From assembly GCF_009914755.1 (NCBI RefSeq), contig NC_060928.1: DNA of 64,000 nt; one strand, 5' to 3'. This stretch comes from the human T2T-CHM13v2.0 reference genome, Homo sapiens. Shown here in pieces: positions 60,734-64,000 of this stretch; the first letter of the stretch is position 1; every line of letters begins with the position of its first letter. The notes beneath the pieces were generated by a model. The model was not told where the DNA came from. It saw only the letters and a program-made list of their open reading frames with translations, and made no database searches. A program made the position numbers and the translations under genes.

Positions 60734-63229
60734 CAGCTTTACAAATTTTTCAACACTTTTGATTATCTAGCTTTATGGCAACCTGTACTCTCCTTGTCCT
60801 ATTTTGAGAATTCATTTCATTCTAAATTATCTTTTTTGTTGTCAAACTCATTTCCTTCAATAATGAACTTAATGTTTATCTTGCCTGTTGGGGTTTTTGT
60901 TAAGAAAATGAAAACTAAATGCTTTCTTTGTCAACACTAGAAATGCTGGTTATAAAGCAAGATAGTGTAAAATTTAAGTGCAGTAAGAGAAATAAGAGAA
61001 AGAGTAAGAACCTCACGTTATACATGTTTAATTTGTTTCTCAAAACAAAATTTTTAAAATTTCTTTTTGGATGTATCTGTGGAGGTATTTTGTATCCATC
61101 AAGCCAACTCTAGTGTGCTGATATTATTTTGTGGTCTTTATTCTGAATGAACTGAAAGCCTGAAAGCCTAGATGGTGAGTGAGATAAATAGAAGGTGATA
61201 GAAATTTTCAGAAATAAAGACCTGAATATCCCTTCCCCTATAAACACAGAATTTATTATGTGATTCAATCATCACTTGTTCACTTTTGAAATAATGAGTA
61301 TTAAATATTTCTTATTCTTCCAATTTTGATGTTTATATTTAGCATTTTTAATATAGATATGACACAACACTACTTTTCTGTGACCCATCTAATGGAATGG
61401 TGTCTGTGAAGCACACAAAATTCAATTTTTATGGCTCTTTTCCTTCCTATATATGATAAATGGAAGAGTGCAAAGCTACTTGCTATAAGTTAAGTCTAAT
61501 TTTTCCTCTCCTGTATATATTATGTCAAAATCTATGCTATTTCGCCAGTGACAGCTAATGTTAGTTATGTCTTCTCTTAGGTTTCCCAAGTTCTGAAAAC
61601 AGTGCACAACCAGAAAAGTCATTTACTTCCTTCAGCAAAATGGTTGGGAATCTTTCAGTTACTCTATTCTCAACTGTATAAAATTTGTTTCTATCATTTC
61701 AGGAAAACCATATTGCTCAACAGTCAGAAATAAGGAATAGTTTTGAGGTAAAAAGAAATGTCTTCGTGTTCTGCCTTCTTTAAAAATTTATTCTCTCTGT
61801 AAAATAGGTAAAGCATGTAGAAATCTTAAATGCTCCCAATGGTCAAATTATTTTTTAACAGCATACTATTTATTTATATTGTCATGGTTGAAATTATAAG
61901 AGTAAGGCACAATTTCTATTTCTGATCTAGTTTTCCATTCGCTTTACCCAGTAACTATTATATTTAATTTTAAAGATCTTCCAGAGTTTATCTGGCTCAA
62001 GTTTTATTTTATTTAAATGCTTTCCTAAACTTGTCAAGATTACTGAGTGTGGCCATGTTGCTATAGAGTATAAGTATTATGTGTAGTCAGTATTTACAAG
62101 GTATTTATTTTAGTTATTTCTTGACTAACTTCAGGGTTGGGAATAATAATGAAATATCATTATCTCTTCTAAACAAATTAATGCTACTTGAGCTCAACAT
62201 GACAAATTTTCTAATCCAAATAAGTTATCCTCTTTCAGAGCCCTGAGCCCAGGTAGCTTTTACTTTAATTTTATGGGTGAATTTGCAGTCTAATTAATTT
62301 TCTAGTATCTTTTAAAAGAGGCCTGTGGCCAGGTAATGACAAGGACAGATTTCCCTTCCACTGTGTTCCATGGATACCAGGATATAGATGACTCTATCAG
62401 CAAATGCAGCTTGGCAATAAAGTATCATGAATCAATCCTAACAGTGACTCATCTTTCTTGACATCCTCTTCAATGGCAATCCCGCCTGCGAGAAGAAGCT
62501 CTTGCTTTTTTCTGAATACTGATACATGTGGTCAGAATATTAGAGAAGGAAGGATGGTCTAGAAGCAATAAAACAAAATTCTAGTTTCACTCTTACTGCA
62601 ATTCCAAAAAAGCAATTATATTTTAGCAATAGTAAAGCCCGTGAAATCTCTATCACATTATAATTTTTCCCTCACTTTTAGAGCCATATTTTACCTTGCT
62701 ATGTGACCAAGAGATTTTTTAACCCTAAGTCTAATCTTGAGATTTCTATTTCATTTTCATTTTATTTCTATAACTCATACTTTCAGAGGCAAGGCTCCTT
62801 CAGTGTAATTGATATGCCTGTCTTACAAGAGCTTAACGTTAGGGGAATAACTTTCCCCTTCCTTTTCGAACATACCTAGTGATAACAATACTCAAAACTA
62901 ATGTTCGAATACAGCTTTAAAACATATCTTAAGCAACAAAAATATTTGTTCATGCAACCAACAAAGATTATTTTCTCCACTATTCTAGTTGAATTTGTAT
63001 CTATTTAATAGGAAACGCAGAACTATCATGTGACCAAAGACTGAGTTAGTTTCTCTCACATAGTTTCTTTCATTTTGGGTTACTTCCTCTATATTTCAAA
63101 AAAAAAGTACGAGGCTTGGGGTAGTTACAGGACACAAGTTTGTGTTGCTAGAAAATACGGGGCAAAACTGTGAGCCCCAAAATGCTGACTCCACATTTAA
63201 TGCCATTTTTATTAAGCCCCATTAGCAAT

Positions 63230-63470
63230 AAAAAATAATATTAATGATATTTATGAAGTACTCTGAAATTGTAGATGTGCAGGACACTATAGGCTTTATT
63301 TCATTTAATCTTAACAACACTATGACATAAATATTAGAATTGTTCCCACTCTACAGATGAAGAGATTAAAATAAAGGATAAAATAATAAAAATGGCATTG
63401 CTTCCTGAGCTAGAATGTATTCAAGTGGCGAGTTCCAGAGTGCCCACAGCTAACCACTTAGCTGTACTGT
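63230..63470 (-). mobile_element. MIR SINE
   Basis: TCATTTAATCTTAACAAC..CCCACTCTACAGATGAAGA..GTTCCAGAGT. Confidence 0.65.
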
Positions 63471-63689
63471 TCCCAAACACTTCACTTGAAAAAGAAAGGA
63501 AGTACCATGTAGAACTTTCTCATATCATAAGTATTTTGCACCAAATTGTACATTACATTCCTCAAATAATTCACAGAATCACTCATCAAAGATAAGTTCT
63601 ATCTTTCAGGAGCTTCATGTGCACATGTAAATTCAAATCTACCTTTGCATCCACACAATTATTTTTTTAAAAGTAAGAATGAATGCTAG

Positions 63690-64000
63690 TGTCTTAGTCC
63701 ATCCAGGATGCTATAAAAAGCACTATGAACTAGGTGGCTTATAAACAACAGAAACTCATTTCCCAGAGTTCTGAAGCCTGGGAAGTTCAAAGTCAAAGTG
63801 CTAGTAGAGGTGATGTCTGGTGAGGACCGTATTCTAGGCTGCAGACTGACAACTTTTCATTGCATTCTCACATGGCAGAAAGATGGTGAGAGACCTCTCT
63901 GGGGTTCCTTTTATAAGAGCATGAATCTCACTCATGAGAGCTCCACCCTCATGACTTTATCATCTTTCAAAGGCCCCCACCTCCTAATACCATAATATTG
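63690..64000 (-). mobile_element. MLT1A-like MaLR LTR (runs off the window edge)
   Basis: TGTCTTAGTCCAT..GGTGGCTTATAAACAACAGAAA..GTCTGGTGAGG..TTTTATAAGAGCA..AAAGGCCCCCACCTCCTAATACCAT. Confidence 0.9.

Overview
AT-rich, repeat-dense primate (human-like) non-coding DNA with no intact protein-coding gene, RNA gene or CRISPR array. Almost all ORFs in the track are chance frames through Alu, L1 or LTR repeats. The one gene-derived feature is an old, full-length processed pseudogene of FBXO38 (+, 18875-22883). It keeps a 5'UTR, a disabled CDS (19027-21853), a 3'UTR interrupted by a MER6A transposon, an A-rich tail and a 19-bp TSD, and it was copied from an isoform lacking the large central Ser-rich segment. 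The rest is Alu (J/S/Y), L1 (PA/PB/MA/ME), MaLR/ERVL LTRs, hAT/Tigger DNA transposons, MIR/L2 and microsatellites. The most notable structural signals are (i) a 200-bp piece of a nearby LTR copied into an L1, (ii) a 22-bp piece of a nearby MLT2 inserted between 17-bp duplications, (iii) a 40-bp fold-back insertion in the pseudogene and (iv) a twin-priming L1 inversion. I found no evidence of a novel functional gene system. Repeat subfamily and FBXO38 calls come from recalled consensus sequences, not database searches.
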